A DNA stretch of 64,000 nucleotides. Source: an uncultured Planctomycetaceae bacterium (GTDB lineage: Bacteria > Planctomycetota > Planctomycetia > Isosphaerales > Isosphaeraceae). This document shows positions 52,871-64,000 of this stretch, one piece after another. The notes under the pieces are model-generated. The model worked only from the letters and a program-made list of their open reading frames with translations. It ran no database searches and had not been told where the DNA came from. The DNA is taken from assembly GCA_963833985.1 (NCBI GenBank), contig CAWIAD010000001.1, forward strand, positions 1,728,001-1,792,000, given 5' to 3'. Position 1 is the first letter of the stretch, and each line of letters opens with the position of its first letter. The position numbers and the translations under genes are program-made.

Positions 52871-52974
52871 CGCGCGCCCGCTATGCAGTAATCTGGCCAG
52901 GCCACCGGCGGTATGTCGGTTGCTGCGAAATCCTCCAGCGGAAACCTTCCAGGTTCTTGCGGAGAAGACGAAGC

Positions 52975-53866
52975 ATGGCCAGCCAGATACCCGTCGGTCG
53001 TGAAGCGGTGGCGCGTGATACCGAGCGTGGCAGTGTCCACGAATTATGCGCGAACCTGTCCTACCAGCGGCTCGGGATCGTGAACGTCGTTTTTTTCGGT
53101 CGGCCCGGCGCACCGGACCGAGAATGGGTGCTGATCGACGCCGGGGTGATGGGCACCGCCGCGCTGATTCGCAAGGGAGCCGGCCAGCTCTTCGGCCACG
53201 ATTCACGGCCGTCGGCGATCTTGCTGACCCACGGGCACTTCGATCACGTCGGCGCGCTCAAGCAGCTTGCCGAGGAGTGGGACGTACCGGTCTATGCCCA
53301 CACGCTCGAACTGCCGTATCTGGACGGACGCTCGTCGTATCCACCTCCCGATCCGACGGTGGGGGGAGGACTGATGTCGGCGCTGGCGCCTCTCTACCCA
53401 CGCGGACCGATTGATGTTCGCCCGCGGCTGCATCCGCTGGCGGACGACGGCTGCGTGCCGGGGATGCCGGCCTGGAGATGGATCGCCACTCCGGGGCACG
53501 CGCCGAGGCATGTTTCGTTCTGGAGTGCGGCGGAGCGCCGCGCTCATCGTGGGTGATGCCTTCATCACCACGGCACAGGAGTCGGTCTATGCCGTGGCGA
53601 CGCAGGAACCGGAGCTCCACGGACCACCCATGTATTACACGCCGGACTGGAAAAACGCCAAGGTCTCCGTTGAAAAGCTGGCGCGGCTCGAGCCGGAGCT
53701 GGTGATCTGCGGGCACGGCCGGCCCATGCAGGGCTCGGAGATGCGCGCGGCCCTGCATCGGCTGGCACGCGACTTCGAGCGCGTGGCCGTACCGGAGCAG
53801 GGGCGCTATACCGGGCAGCCCGCTACTGCGGATGCCGGTGGAGTGACCTTCGTTCCGCCGCGGTGA
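52975..53866 (+). CDS. MBL-fold metallo-hydrolase, frameshifted near 53540
   Basis: LIDAG, THGHFDH, TPGH, IVGDA, CGHG. Confidence 0.88.
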
Positions 53867-54369
53867 AACAGGTGGTCCCGGGCGGTGCTCCGCCCGCAGG
53901 CACCGTTCTCCCAGCCGTGCGGCCCTGGCGGGACCGGAGTGCCGGACGGGCCGGTACGCACCCGAGTGAGTGCTCGAAGCGTCATGGATGCGGGTGCGCA
54001 GGCCCATTCACGGTCACTGGCAGGCTGATTCTCAGCAAGGCCTGGCGTTGCGTGCCACGCTGGCGAGAGCCCACCAGATTACCCGGTTTCCGGGATAAGA
54101 TCCTGGACCGCCCTGATCTGGCAATGATTGGCAATTCATTTTTGTGCATTTAACCGTAATGGGATGCGTCCATCCGAGGCGTCCGGGTAGAGCCATGCTT
54201 GCCCGGTTTCCCGGAGTTGGTACTCCGATTGCAAGAGAGATCGGCGACGTGCGACGTGAACCTCGTCGGGCCGGACCCGGCTTTCTTCTGGGACTTCTGA
54301 TTGTCCCCGCCACGGTCCTTCCCGGCGAATCGTCGAGTACCGGAAAAGAGAACCTGGAGGAACGATTCA

Positions 54370-55315
54370 ATGCGTAGCAGAAAGATCTCTGGAATCGCCG
54401 TCGGAGCAGGATTGTTGGGCATGGTCCTCGCCGGCAGCGCACTGCGCTGAGGACAATGGTCTGCCAGGCCCCATCAACAGTATCGAGGACTTGCAGGATG
54501 CCGGCAAGTTGCTGTTCAAGCTCGCCGACACCAATAACGACAATCGCATTTCGCAAAAGGAGGCCGTGGACGCCGGCAACCTGCTGGCGGGCGGTTTCTT
54601 CTTCCGTGCCGACGCCAATGGCGACGGTACGGTGACCGCGGAGGAAGCCCGGACGGCGCGTGAGGCTCTGTTCAACCAGAGGCCTTTGCTGCGGTTTGTC
54701 TTTCAGCGTGGCAAGTCCGCCATCGACGAGCAGAGCGGCAACCGGCAAGCGGGTCAGCAAGGCGGGAACCTGCTTTCCGCCGGCGGCAACCAGCAGGGTG
54801 GCCAGCAGAAGCTCAACATCATGAATCTGCTGGATTCAAACCATGACGGCAACTTCTCCGCTCCTGAGCTGCGCCAGGCAGTCCAGACCGGCGTGCAGAG
54901 CATGTTCATGATGGCGGACCGCAATGGCGACGGTCAGCTGGAGCCCTCCGAGGTGAACCAGGCTGCCCTGGACCTGGGCCGCACCGCCGTGCAGACGGCT
55001 TTCAATGCCGCCGATTCCGACAAGAACGGCGCCGTGAGCGAGCAGGAATTCGACAAGGCGATCATGAACCCGGCTCACGTGATGTTCAAGATCTTCGACG
55101 CCAACGGGGACAGCCAGATCTCCAATGATGAGATGCGCAGCGGGATGCAGATCATCGTCCGGGAGCTGCGTGCCATGAAGGTTCCCGAAGCGTCCAACTC
55201 GCTCTCCAACCAGATCCAGCAGAACGGGACCGCCCCTGTGGCGACCAGTCCGCGACCCGCCACGACCGTGGCTCCGGTCCAAGTGGCTCCGGGCACCGTG
55301 CCTCCGCAGCGCTGA
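54370..55315 (+). CDS. Secreted EF-hand protein; signal peptide in another frame
   Basis: Repeated DxNxDG loops (DTNNDN, DANGDG, DRNGDG, DSDKNG). Confidence 0.85.
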
Positions 55316-55532
55316 GTGCCCGTTTCCCTGTCCTGTCAGGTCTTGAGTCGCTCTCCACTGACGGCGACGGTTCATCGAGCTCGGGTCGGGATGCCGGCCT
55401 CCCCGGAGGCCAGGTTTTCCGGCCCGAGCGTCATGATCAGATCAAGCCGGCCTTCACTTCAACTCAACCTTCGCCCTTCGTCGCGTTCTCGAACCGCAGC
55501 CAGGAACCCAGTGAAGTCAGGAGCAATTTGCG

Positions 55533-56048
55533 ATGGCGCAGCCTCTCGATTCGCCAGCGTCCACGGACCCGGCCGCCACGAACCCCGCCGATCTCGATCA
55601 AGGGATGGCCGAGCCCGAGCTGGTCAACCCGAACATGACCGTCGCCGAGGCCATGACCGTGGCGCCACGCACGTGCTCGGCCGCAAGCACCGTGCTGGAA
55701 GCCGTGATGGTCTTTCGCGACGCCGACTGCGGCTCGATCCCGATCACCGATGCCGGCCAGCCGATCGGCGTACTGACCGACCGGGACGTGGCCCTGGCGG
55801 TTCCGTCCTACTCCGAGCTGAGTCGCTTGCCGGTAGGCGAGCTCATGAACAAGGACGTCGTGACCATCCACCTGGATGACACGCTGGACCTCGCCATGGA
55901 GAAGCTGGGGGACCATGGCGTCCGGCGGCTCATGGTGGTGGATAGTGAAGGCGTTCTCCAGGGTGTCCTGAGCTGGACGGACCTGATTCCGTATCTCTCC
56001 AAGAGCAGCCTGGGACGGGTGGTGTCACGGATCATCGAGAACCGCTAG
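55533..56048 (+). CDS. CBS domain protein
   Basis: CGSIPI...GVLTDRD...VRRLMVV...GVLS. Confidence 0.9.
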   Translation: MAQPLDSPASTDPAATNPADLDQGMAEPELVNPNMTVAEAMTVAPRTCSAASTVLEAVMVFRDADCGSIPITDAGQPIGVLTDRDVALAVPSYSELSRLPVGELMNKDVVTIHLDDTLDLAMEKLGDHGVRRLMVVDSEGVLQGVLSWTDLIPYLSKSSLGRVVSRIIENR

Positions 56049-56172
56049 GCCACCCTCCCGCGGGGGCGGTCCAGCGCCGCCGGCGGATTGCTCAGGTGCT
56101 CCGGACCGGTTATTCCTGCAAGGTGTTCGCTCGCTCGCGCGCGGGCCGACGACACCACCCAGGAGACCGGTC

Positions 56173-58287
56173 ATGCCCCGTATGCTCCAGCAACTTCAGA
56201 GGCTCGCACGCCGTTCCGTGCGTTGTCTGCCCCTTTGCCTGTTGCCCATCGCAGCCCAGCTGCCTGCACGGGAGCCGGAACACGCTCCCCTCCGCGCGGA
56301 GATCACGGTCGATGCCGCCAGGCCTATCGGCAAGATCAGCCCATTGCTGTACGGGCAGTTCCTCGAGCACATGTTCCAGTGCATCAAGACCGGTCTGCAT
56401 GCCGAGCTGGTCCGCAATCGCGGCTTCGAGGAGCCGGCCGATCACCTGGGTCTGCCGCGCGACTGGGAACCGTATCCCGATCGGCGCAATGACGACCCGA
56501 TCCAGTTCGCCTGGGACGCGGGAACTTCTTATCCGGATCGGATCAACCCGGACACGAAAGTGCACGAGCGCTCGCTGCGCGTCGACGTCCAGCGCGGGCC
56601 GGCCAGCCGCCATGGCGTCTGCCAGAGCGGGATCCCTGCTGTCAAAGGGGCCCAGTACGAAGGCTATGTCTGGCTCAAGGCCGCGGACTACCATGGGCCA
56701 ATCCAGGTGACGCTCGAGCCGGAGATCGAGGGTGCCCCGCCGTATGCCGAGGCGGAGCTGGAGGCCCCGAGCGACCACTGGAACCAGCACCGCTTCCGCT
56801 TCCGTGCGTCGGCCAGCGACCCGCTGGCGCGGCTCGTCTTCCGGTTCGGGGGCAGGGGCCGCGTCTGGATGGACGCCGTCTCGCTCCTGCCCGGAAGCGC
56901 CGTGGATGGCGTGCGCCAGGACGTCTTCCAGCGTATCCAGGACCTCCGCCCCGCCTTCGTGCGCTGGCCGGGAGGCAATGTCGCGCAGGATTACCGCTGG
57001 CTGTGGGGCGTTGGCCCGCGCGACCAGCGCGTGACATGGACCAACCTCTCCTGGCGCAACGAGCCGGAGCCCTCAGATTTCGGCACCGACGAGTATCTCC
57101 GCTTCTGTCGGAACCTGGGGGCACGGCCGACCATCGTGGTCAACGTGGAAGGACCCGGCATGACTGCCGAGCTTGCCGCCGCCTGGGTGGAGTACTGCAA
57201 CGGGCCGGCCGGCTCGAAATACGGCGCGTTGCGGGCCGCGAATGGACACCCGGAGCCCTATCGGGTGCGGTACTGGGAGATCGGCAACGAGATCTGGGGC
57301 GCATGGGTGCGCGGGCATTCCGATGCGGCGACCTATGCCCGCAACCTGCTGCGCTACCAGGCGGCCATGCGTGCCGTGGATCCCACCATCGAGCTCATCG
57401 CTTGCGGCGACAACAACATGAACTGGAACCGGACCGTGCTCCGCGAGGCCGGCACCACATTCGATTACCTGGCGATCCATCACTACTACGGTGCGCGGGA
57501 GATGGCGGGAAGCTTGAAGAACCTGATGGCCCATCCTCTGGCGTATGAGTCCTTCTACCGATCCGCGGGCGAAGTGCTCCGTACGCTTGTGCCCTCCCGG
57601 CCGATCAAGCTGGCCATCAACGAATGGGGGCTGGGACTTCCCGCGGAACAGCAGTACTCGATTGCCGGGGCACTCTATGCCGGCAGGATGCTGAACGTCT
57701 TCGAGCGCACCGGCGGTTTGGTGGCCATGAGCTCCGTATCGGACCTGGTCAACGGCTGGAGCGGAGGCATCATCCAGGCGAACCGCCACGGGCTGTTCAC
57801 GACGTCGGCTTACCAGGTGAACAAGATTTACAGTCAGAATGCGGGGACCGAGCTGCTCGCTGCCGAAGTTCACGGGCCCGTCTTCGACACCACCCGCGAG
57901 GGACGGTCGATTCCCGACCTCGACGTCGCGGCAAGCCGTTCGGCGGACGGCCAGTCCATCTATCTGAAGATGGTGAACACCAACCTGGAACACCCGCTGG
58001 CCGTTGCCGTCACGCTGCCGCAAGTGCCGATCGGCCCGCACGGGCGGATCGAATCGGTCGTCAGCGGCAACCTCCGGGCGTACAATGATTTCTCGAGTCC
58101 GGATGCCGTGTCGATCCGCTCCGGCGCGGTCGACGCCGGCAGCCGGTTCACGGTCGCACTGCCGGCAGCTTCCGTTTCGGTCGTCTGCTTGAAGGTGTTG
58201 CCAGGGACGGCGGGCGAGCCGCTGGATCGGCGGGAGACCGTCCCGCGTAAGGGAGAGCAGGGCCGTTCGGGGCAAGCCGGCCGGTGA
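56173..58287 (+). CDS. GH51 alpha-L-arabinofuranosidase
   Basis: [30 protein letters not shown]. Confidence 0.92.
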   Translation: MPRMLQQLQRLARRSVRCLPLCLLPIAAQLPAREPEHAPLRAEITVDAARPIGKISPLLYGQFLEHMFQCIKTGLHAELVRNRGFEEPADHLGLPRDWEPYPDRRNDDPIQFAWDAGTSYPDRINPDTKVHERSLRVDVQRGPASRHGVCQSGIPAVKGAQYEGYVWLKAADYHGPIQVTLEPEIEGAPPYAEAELEAPSDHWNQHRFRFRASASDPLARLVFRFGGRGRVWMDAVSLLPGSAVDGVRQDVFQRIQDLRPAFVRWPGGNVAQDYRWLWGVGPRDQRVTWTNLSWRNEPEPSDFGTDEYLRFCRNLGARPTIVVNVEGPGMTAELAAAWVEYCNGPAGSKYGALRAANGHPEPYRVRYWEIGNEIWGAWVRGHSDAATYARNLLRYQAAMRAVDPTIELIACGDNNMNWNRTVLREAGTTFDYLAIHHYYGAREMAGSLKNLMAHPLAYESFYRSAGEVLRTLVPSRPIKLAINEWGLGLPAEQQYSIAGALYAGRMLNVFERTGGLVAMSSVSDLVNGWSGGIIQANRHGLFTTSAYQVNKIYSQNAGTELLAAEVHGPVFDTTREGRSIPDLDVAASRSADGQSIYLKMVNTNLEHPLAVAVTLPQVPIGPHGRIESVVSGNLRAYNDFSSPDAVSIRSGAVDAGSRFTVALPAASVSVVCLKVLPGTAGEPLDRRETVPRKGEQGRSGQAGR

Positions 58288-58331
58288 ACGTTCCGGTTCG
58301 CCGCAGAGGACCAGGGTCGGAGACCACGACG

Positions 58332-59101
58332 ATGGCAGACTGCCTGATTCAGGAATCGCGCGAAGGGGTGGTGCGGCTGACGCTGAACCGCCCGGAACGG
58401 CGCAACGCACTTTCGCATGAGCTGCTGCAACGGCTCGAGGCGGCCATCGAGGCCATCGGCCAGGACTCATCCGCGCGGGTGGTGATTCTTGGCGGCAACG
58501 GCCCGGTCTTCTCATCGGGGCACGACCTGGGCGAGCTTCAGGGCAAATCCGACGGCGAGTGCCGCATGCTCTTCGAACTTTGCAGCCGGGTGATGCTCGG
58601 CTTGCGGAGGTTGCCGCAGCCGGTGATCGCCAGGGTACACGGGCTGGCCACGGCAGCCGGTTGCCAGCTTGTCGCCTCGTGCGACCTGGCGGTGGCCTCG
58701 TCGGCGGCGACGTTCGCCACCCCCGGCGTGAAGATCGGTCTCTTCTGCACGACGCCGATGATACCGCTGGTGCGCGTCATTCCCCCCGCGCGGCGCTGGA
58801 AATGCTCATGACCGCCAGTCCCATCTCCGCGGCTCGCGCTCTGGAGCTGGGACTGGTGAACCGCGTGGTCGCCGCCGGCGAGCTCGACGCGGCCGTTCAG
58901 TCGCTGGTCGAAACGCTGTGTGCGCTGAGCCCCTCCGTGCTCGGCCTGGGCAAGCGGGCGTTCTACGACCTGGAGGGGCTGGACGAGCCTGAGGCCTACG
59001 CGCGGGCGACCGAGATCATGGTCGGCAACGCAGGCTACCCCGCGGCGCGTGAGGGCATCGCGGCCTTCCTCGAGAAACGCCGCCCAGAGTGGCCGGCATG
59101 A
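58332..59101 (+). CDS. Enoyl-CoA hydratase/isomerase, frameshifted near 58785
   Basis: [41 protein letters not shown]. Confidence 0.9.
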
Positions 59102-59153
59102 AGCGCGCGGCCTGCCGGTCGAGACCATTGAAGCTCTGTCTGCATCCGTCCCC

Positions 59154-60089
59154 ATGACCATACAGACCCTTCCCACCTTCGGTGAGCTTCACGAGCGTGC
59201 GTCGAGGTCTGCCGCACCGGTGACCGTCGCGGTGGCAGGAGCCCATGACCCGTCCGTGATCGAAGCGGCCGGCATCGCGGCGGCGCGCGGCTGGGTGCAT
59301 CCCATCCTGGTTGGCCCCGACGAGGAGATCCGTGCGACGGCCGCGGCCCTTTCACTCGACCTTGCAGGGATGACCATCCTGCACGCGGATCACGCGAACA
59401 TCGCCTCCGCTGCGGTGGCCGAGGTGCGGGCCGGTCGCGCGGGAGTGCTGATGAAGGGGCAGATCGCCACCCCGTCCCTGATGGCAGCCGTGCTCGACCC
59501 CGAGCATGGTCTGCGTACCGGCAAGGTGATTTGCCAGGTCGTCCTGATGGAGATCCCGCGCGACGACCGCCGGTTCCTCATGGCCGACACCGGAATCACG
59601 ATCCGGCCGAACCTCGTGAAAAAAGCGGAGATCCTCCGGGGGGCCGTCGCCATCGCCCACGCCCTTGGCCTGGCACGGCCTCGAGTCGCGCTCGTGGCCG
59701 CCTCCGAGACGGTCAAGGCGAGCATGCCGGAGACGGTTCACGCCCGGGAGCTCACAGGACGCGGCGAGCGTGGGGAATTCCCGGGCTGCGTCCTTCAGGG
59801 GCCGCTCTCGTTCGACCTTGCTTACGCCGCGCAGGCCGGTAGCCGAAAGCGCATCGACGGAGCAGTGGTCGGGGCGGCTGACATCATGCTCTTCCCCGAC
59901 TTGCTCTCGGCCAACCTCACCGTGAAGGCCGTCATGTACACGGCCGACTGCCGCTTCGGGGGCGTCCTCTGCGGCACCAGTGCGCCGGTGGTGTTCATGT
60001 CCAGGGCGGACGACACCACCACGCGGCTCAATTCGCTGGTCCTCGCCCTGACGATCCTCGCTTCCACGGGAAAGCCGCTGCCGGACTGA
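59154..60089 (+). CDS. Phosphate acetyl/butyryl transferase
   Basis: LMKGQI.T, QGPLSFDLA, SRADD. Confidence 0.88.
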   Translation: MTIQTLPTFGELHERASRSAAPVTVAVAGAHDPSVIEAAGIAAARGWVHPILVGPDEEIRATAAALSLDLAGMTILHADHANIASAAVAEVRAGRAGVLMKGQIATPSLMAAVLDPEHGLRTGKVICQVVLMEIPRDDRRFLMADTGITIRPNLVKKAEILRGAVAIAHALGLARPRVALVAASETVKASMPETVHARELTGRGERGEFPGCVLQGPLSFDLAYAAQAGSRKRIDGAVVGAADIMLFPDLLSANLTVKAVMYTADCRFGGVLCGTSAPVVFMSRADDTTTRLNSLVLALTILASTGKPLPD

Positions 60090-60179
60090 GCCGCACCGCT
60101 CCGTGCACCGTGCCCCCGCAATTCCAACCCGGCACTCGTGGGTTGACCCGTGTTGACGGGACGCCGATAATTCACTAAA

Positions 60180-60194
60180 TAACTAATTGGTTAA
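60180..60194. promoter_or_regulatory. Palindromic operator-like site
   Basis: TAACTAATTGGTTA in an AT-rich patch about 45 bp upstream of the next gene. Confidence 0.4.
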
Positions 60195-60235
60195 CCAGGT
60201 AGGGCCTGGAGGCCGGTCAGGCAAGGAGTTCGACG

Positions 60236-61876
60236 ATGAAGCTGGTGATCGTGGGTGGTGTAGCAGGGGGAGCGTCCGCCGCGGCGCGTGCGAGGAGGCT
60301 CTCTGAGGAGGCCGAGATCGTGGTCTTCGAGCGCGGGCCGGATGTCTCGTTCGCCAACTGCGGGCTGCCGTACTACATCGGCGGCGAGATCCGCGACCGT
60401 GGCAAACTGCTCGTCACCCGGCCAGAGGTGCTGCGGCAGCGCTATCGGCTCGACGTCAGGACCGAGACCGAGGTCATCAAGATCGACCGCGTTGCGCCAC
60501 GGTCACGGCCCGCCGCCTGCCCGACGGTTCCATGTACGAGGAGCCTTATGACGCGCTGGTGCTCGCGCCGGGGCGGCTCCGTTGCGGCCGCCGATTCCGG
60601 GCATCGATCTGCCGGGCGTTCACACCCTGCGAAACCTGGGCGACGTGGACCGGATCAAGGCCGCCGTCGATCAGGGCGTGAACAGGGCCATTCTGGTCGG
60701 CGCCGGGTTCATCGGGTTGGAGCTGGCCGAGAACCTGCTGCGGCGCGGGGTCCAGACCGTGCTGATCGAGCTCCAGGACCAGGTCTTACCACCGCTCGAT
60801 GCGGAGTTGACCACGCCCATGGCCCAGGAACTCCGGGCACGCGGCGTCGAGCTCTTGCTGGGCGACTCGGCGGAGCAGTTCCGGGAATCGCCGGAGGGCA
60901 TTGTGGTCGGCCTCAAGTCGGGCCGGTCGGTGACGGGCCAGCTTGTGGTGCTGGGCGTGGGCGTGCGGCCCGAGAACCTGCTTGCCGTCGACGCCGGCCT
61001 GGCGGTTGGCCCCCGGGGAGGCATCCAGGTCAACGACCGCATGCAGACCAGCGACCCCGCGATCTACGCGGTGGGTGACGCGGTGGAAGTGCGCGACTAT
61101 GTTTCCGGATCGCCCGCGCAGGTGCCGCTTGCCGGGCCGGCCAACCGTCAGGGACGGATCGCCGCGGATGCGATCTTCGGCCGGTCCAGCCGCTATCGAG
61201 GGACGCAGGGGACCGCGATCGTCGGCTTCTTCGACCTCACAGCCGCGGTCACGGGCCAGGGTGAGAAGTCGCTGGCCCGCGCCGGTACCGCCTTCGAGAA
61301 GGTTTACATTCACGCCAACCAGCATGCCGGATACTACCCCGGCGCCGCCCCATGGCGCTCAAGGTGCTGTTCGATCCCCGGACCGGCAGGATCCTCGGCG
61401 CCCAGGCGGTTGGACATGAGGGTGTCGACAACCGCATCAACGTGCTGGCGATGGCGATCCACGCGGGGATGACGGTCTTCGACCTCGAACAAGCGGAGCT
61501 GGCGTACGCGCCGCAGTTTGGGTCGGCGAAGGACCCGGTGAACATGGCCGGCTTCGTGGCCGCGAACCTGGTTCGGGGCGATTACCCGCAGGTTCACGTG
61601 GAGCAGCTCGCAGGGCTGATGTCGGCCGGGGCACTCCTGGTTGACGTGCGGACCCCTCCAGAGTTTGCCGCCGGCGCGATCCCTGGTGCCGTGAACATCC
61701 CCCTGGAGACGCTGCGAAACCGTCTGGGCGAGGTTCCCCGGGACCGCAAGGTCATCGTCCACTGCCAGGTTGGCATGCGCGGCTACATGGCCACGCTTGT
61801 GCTCCGCCACGCCGGACGGGACGCGGCGAACCTGGCCGGCGGCTACAAGACATACCGTCTGGTGCACGACCGCTGA
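60236..61876 (+). CDS. CoA-disulfide reductase with rhodanese domain; several indels
   Basis: GGVAGGASAA, SFANCGLPY, GAGFIG, LAGPANRQG, YAPQFG, HCQVGMRG. Confidence 0.92.
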
Positions 61877-62073
61877 GCCACACATGGCAAAGAAATAAGT
61901 TCGGAGAGACCTGTGCGGTGCCTCAGCAAGAGCTGACCAGCGTCCTGGTCTGCTGGCGTGGCCGGGCCCGAGACAACAGGCACAGGGGAACGTTTCTCGA
62001 TTCATTCTTCACAATCAAGCCCAATACCGTTGAAATAGCGTTTACGAGAAGAGGGCAAGCACGTTGCGGCAGG

Positions 62074-62205
62074 CTTGTTCCCTCGCTCTGCGTGGGAATA
62101 CCGGTCGGTAGGCTCTGCGTTCCATGGATTTCCCAGCCTTTAGCACGGGGCCAATCGACGCGGAGCGTTGCAGACGGCATTCCCACGCGGAGCGTGGGAA
62201 CGAGG
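62074..62205. repeat. REP-like palindromic element
   Basis: GTTCCCTCGCTCTGCGTGGGAAT ... ATTCCCACGCGGAGCGTGGGAAC. Confidence 0.75.
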
Positions 62206-62496
62206 AACAAACCTCTGACTGCACTGAACTTATTGCTATTCCAACGGTATTGCGATGAAGCCCGGCGAGATTGCGGGGCGGCGGTGGGATCATTCGCTCG
62301 GCACTTCCGCCCGCGGTGGTGGGTGGCTGGGACGGTTGCGCAGGTTCCACCGCCTGTGCGGACTCCGCGAGCGTTTTTTTGACATATCCTTCGCGTGGGC
62401 TGTATATTGAGAACGGTGCTTGCGAGCCCGCGGGACTGCGATCGCTGGCTGAATCTCATCGTGACTGCGCCTCTCCCACTGGCGTGGAGTCGATTC

Positions 62497-64000
62497 ATGA
62501 TGTCGCGCTCGTCCTCGGCCGTGCTGGTGACGGCATCGCTGGCGGCAGGTCTTGGCCTGGGGTTCGTACTGGGCCGCGGAGCACCGACGCTCTCGGCACA
62601 GGCCGCCAGGGGCGTGCCAGGGCAGGCTGCGGCTGCGGCTGCGACCGCGATTGCGACGCCGCCGGCCGCGAGCGCCGCGCGGGCCGATGACGCGGGCCGG
62701 CGGGATGGCCAGATCTACGATCAGCTTGCCCGGGAATATGAGCGGTTCGCGCATGTCGACCGCATGTTCGAGATGGTGGCGAAGGCCGTCTCGCCCTCGG
62801 TCGTGCATATCGTCGCCCAGAAAACGATGAGGCACGAGGAGACCCAGCGCATCAAGAAGTTCGAGGAGACCGGATCCGGGGTGATCGTCCGCAACGAGAA
62901 GATACCCGGGCTGTTCGTCCTGACCAACCATCACGTGGTGGAAGGCGGCAAGCCCGCGAAGATCCGGATCTTCCTGCATGACGGGCGGACATTGACGCCC
63001 GAGCGGATCTGGAGCGACGCCAAGGCGGACGTGGCCGTGCTCAAGCTCGACCGCGACGACCTGCCGGCGGCCCGGCTAGGCAACAGCGACACCGCCGTGG
63101 TGGGAAGCTGGGTCGTGGCGATGGGCAGCCCATTCGGACTGATGCACTCGGTCAGTCAAGGAATCATCAGCGCCCGCAGTCGCCACATGGACGAGCTTCA
63201 GGACGTGGAAAACCAGGACTTCTTGCAGACCGACGCCGCGATCAACCCGGGCAACTCGGGCGGTCCGCTGGTGAACCTCAAGGGCGAGGTCATCGGCATC
63301 AACAACTCGATCGCCTCCAATGGCGGGGGGAATGAAGGCGTCGGCTTCAGCATCCCGATCAACCTGGCGCGGTGGATCATGAACGAGCTCATCGCCAATG
63401 GCCACGTCACGCGCGGGGCCCTGGGCGTGGACCTCCAGCCCAACTTTCGCCAGGAGGATGCACAGAACCTCGGTCTCGACCGGCCGCACGGCGCCTGGGT
63501 GGACAAGGTTCATCCCGAATCTCCCGCGTCGCGAGGCGGCTTGCGGGACGGAGACGTGATTCTCGGGTTCGGCGGCGTCGACATTCACGACCTCAATCAC
63601 CTCATCAACGCCGTTTCGATGACGCCCGTCGGCGTTCCCGTCGATGTGCGGATCTGGCGCCAACGCAAGGAAATCGCGCTGCGAATCACCGTGGGAGACC
63701 GCGAACGGACGCTGCCGGAAACCGAGGTGGTGCAGGTTCCCCGCCCCGCCGAGCCAGCCGACCTGATTCGCCGTCCGGACCGCCCCGGGCCCACGTCCAC
63801 CTTCGCGCTCGGGCTCGAGCTGTTGACGCTCAATCCGCAGCTCGCGCTGCGGCACCATCTGCCGGAGTCGGAGCGGGGAGCGATGATCCTCACCGTCGAT
63901 CCGCAGAGTCCGCTGGCGACGATCTGCCAGCCCAGCGACGTGATCTCCCGGATCAATGACCACGCCGTGGAGTCGGCCGAGCAGGCGGTCAAGCTGATCA
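62497..64000 (+). CDS. HtrA/DegP-like serine protease with PDZ domains, running off the window; absent from the ORF track
   Basis: TNHHVV, DVAVLK, QTDAAINPGNSGGPL in a frame open to the window end. Confidence 0.92.
   Translation, partial: MMSRSSSAVLVTASLAAGLGLGFVLGRGAPTLSAQAARGVPGQAAAAAATAIATPPAASAARADDAGRRDGQIYDQLAREYERFAHVDRMFEMVAKAVSPSVVHIVAQKTMRHEETQRIKKFEETGSGVIVRNEKIPGLFVLTNHHVVEGGKPAKIRIFLHDGRTLTPERIWSDAKADVAVLKLDRDDLPAARLGNSDTAVVGSWVVAMGSPFGLMHSVSQGIISARSRHMDELQDVENQDFLQTDAAINPGNSGGPLVNLKGEVIGINNSIASNGGGNEGVGFSIPINLARWIMNELIANGHVTRGALGVDLQPNFRQEDAQNLGLDRPHGAWVDKVHPESPASRGGLRDGDVILGFGGVDIHDLNHLINAVSMTPVGVPVDVRIWRQRKEIALRITVGDRERTLPETEVVQVPRPAEPADLIRRPDRPGPTSTFALGLELLTLNPQLALRHHLPESERGAMILTVDPQSPLATICQPSDVISRINDHAVESAEQAVKLI

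Noticed and set aside
6808..61876. Frameshifts in many conserved genes (sigma, DUF1559, MBL hydrolase, enoyl-CoA hydratase, CoA-disulfide reductase, EF-hand) as programmed frameshifting or mass pseudogenisation
   Set aside because: They are scattered single-base indels in GC-rich runs within otherwise intact genes, most consistent with long-read consensus errors.

Overview
High-GC bacterial DNA, very probably Planctomycetota (Isosphaeraceae-like). The markers are DUF1559, TIGR03067, an LEDRTLLS-type export motif and ECF sigma/Ser-Thr kinase pairs. Five zones: (1) 1-6.7 kb, a decayed defence island with an interrupted dCTP deaminase, type I hsdM carrying an in-frame TAG, IS1634, an hsdS remnant, an intact DUF3800 gene followed by a structured RNA-like element, and a second partial hsdM. 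(2) 6.8-13.0 kb, an ECF sigma/anti-sigma/DUF1559 operon, ettA and a tRNA(CAT). (3) 13.0-27.5 kb, a 14.5-kb integrative element between 46-bp att repeats in the tRNA. It looks like a phage satellite (integrase, HTH regulators, helicase, primase, PC4-like protein, TerS-like protein, no capsid). Its integrase ORF reads through attR, and it carries a serine-recombinase transposon with terminal inverted repeats. (4) 27.8-41.5 kb, an IS pile-up (IS4 with nested IS630, IS21, a second IS630, IS701) in a decayed sigma/kinase locus, followed by TA-like cassettes that each sit behind a kinase 3'-end fragment. (5) 41.5-64 kb, ordinary core genes. Many conserved genes carry single-base frameshifts, most likely long-read assembly indels. 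All family assignments come from motif recognition by eye; no database search was run.
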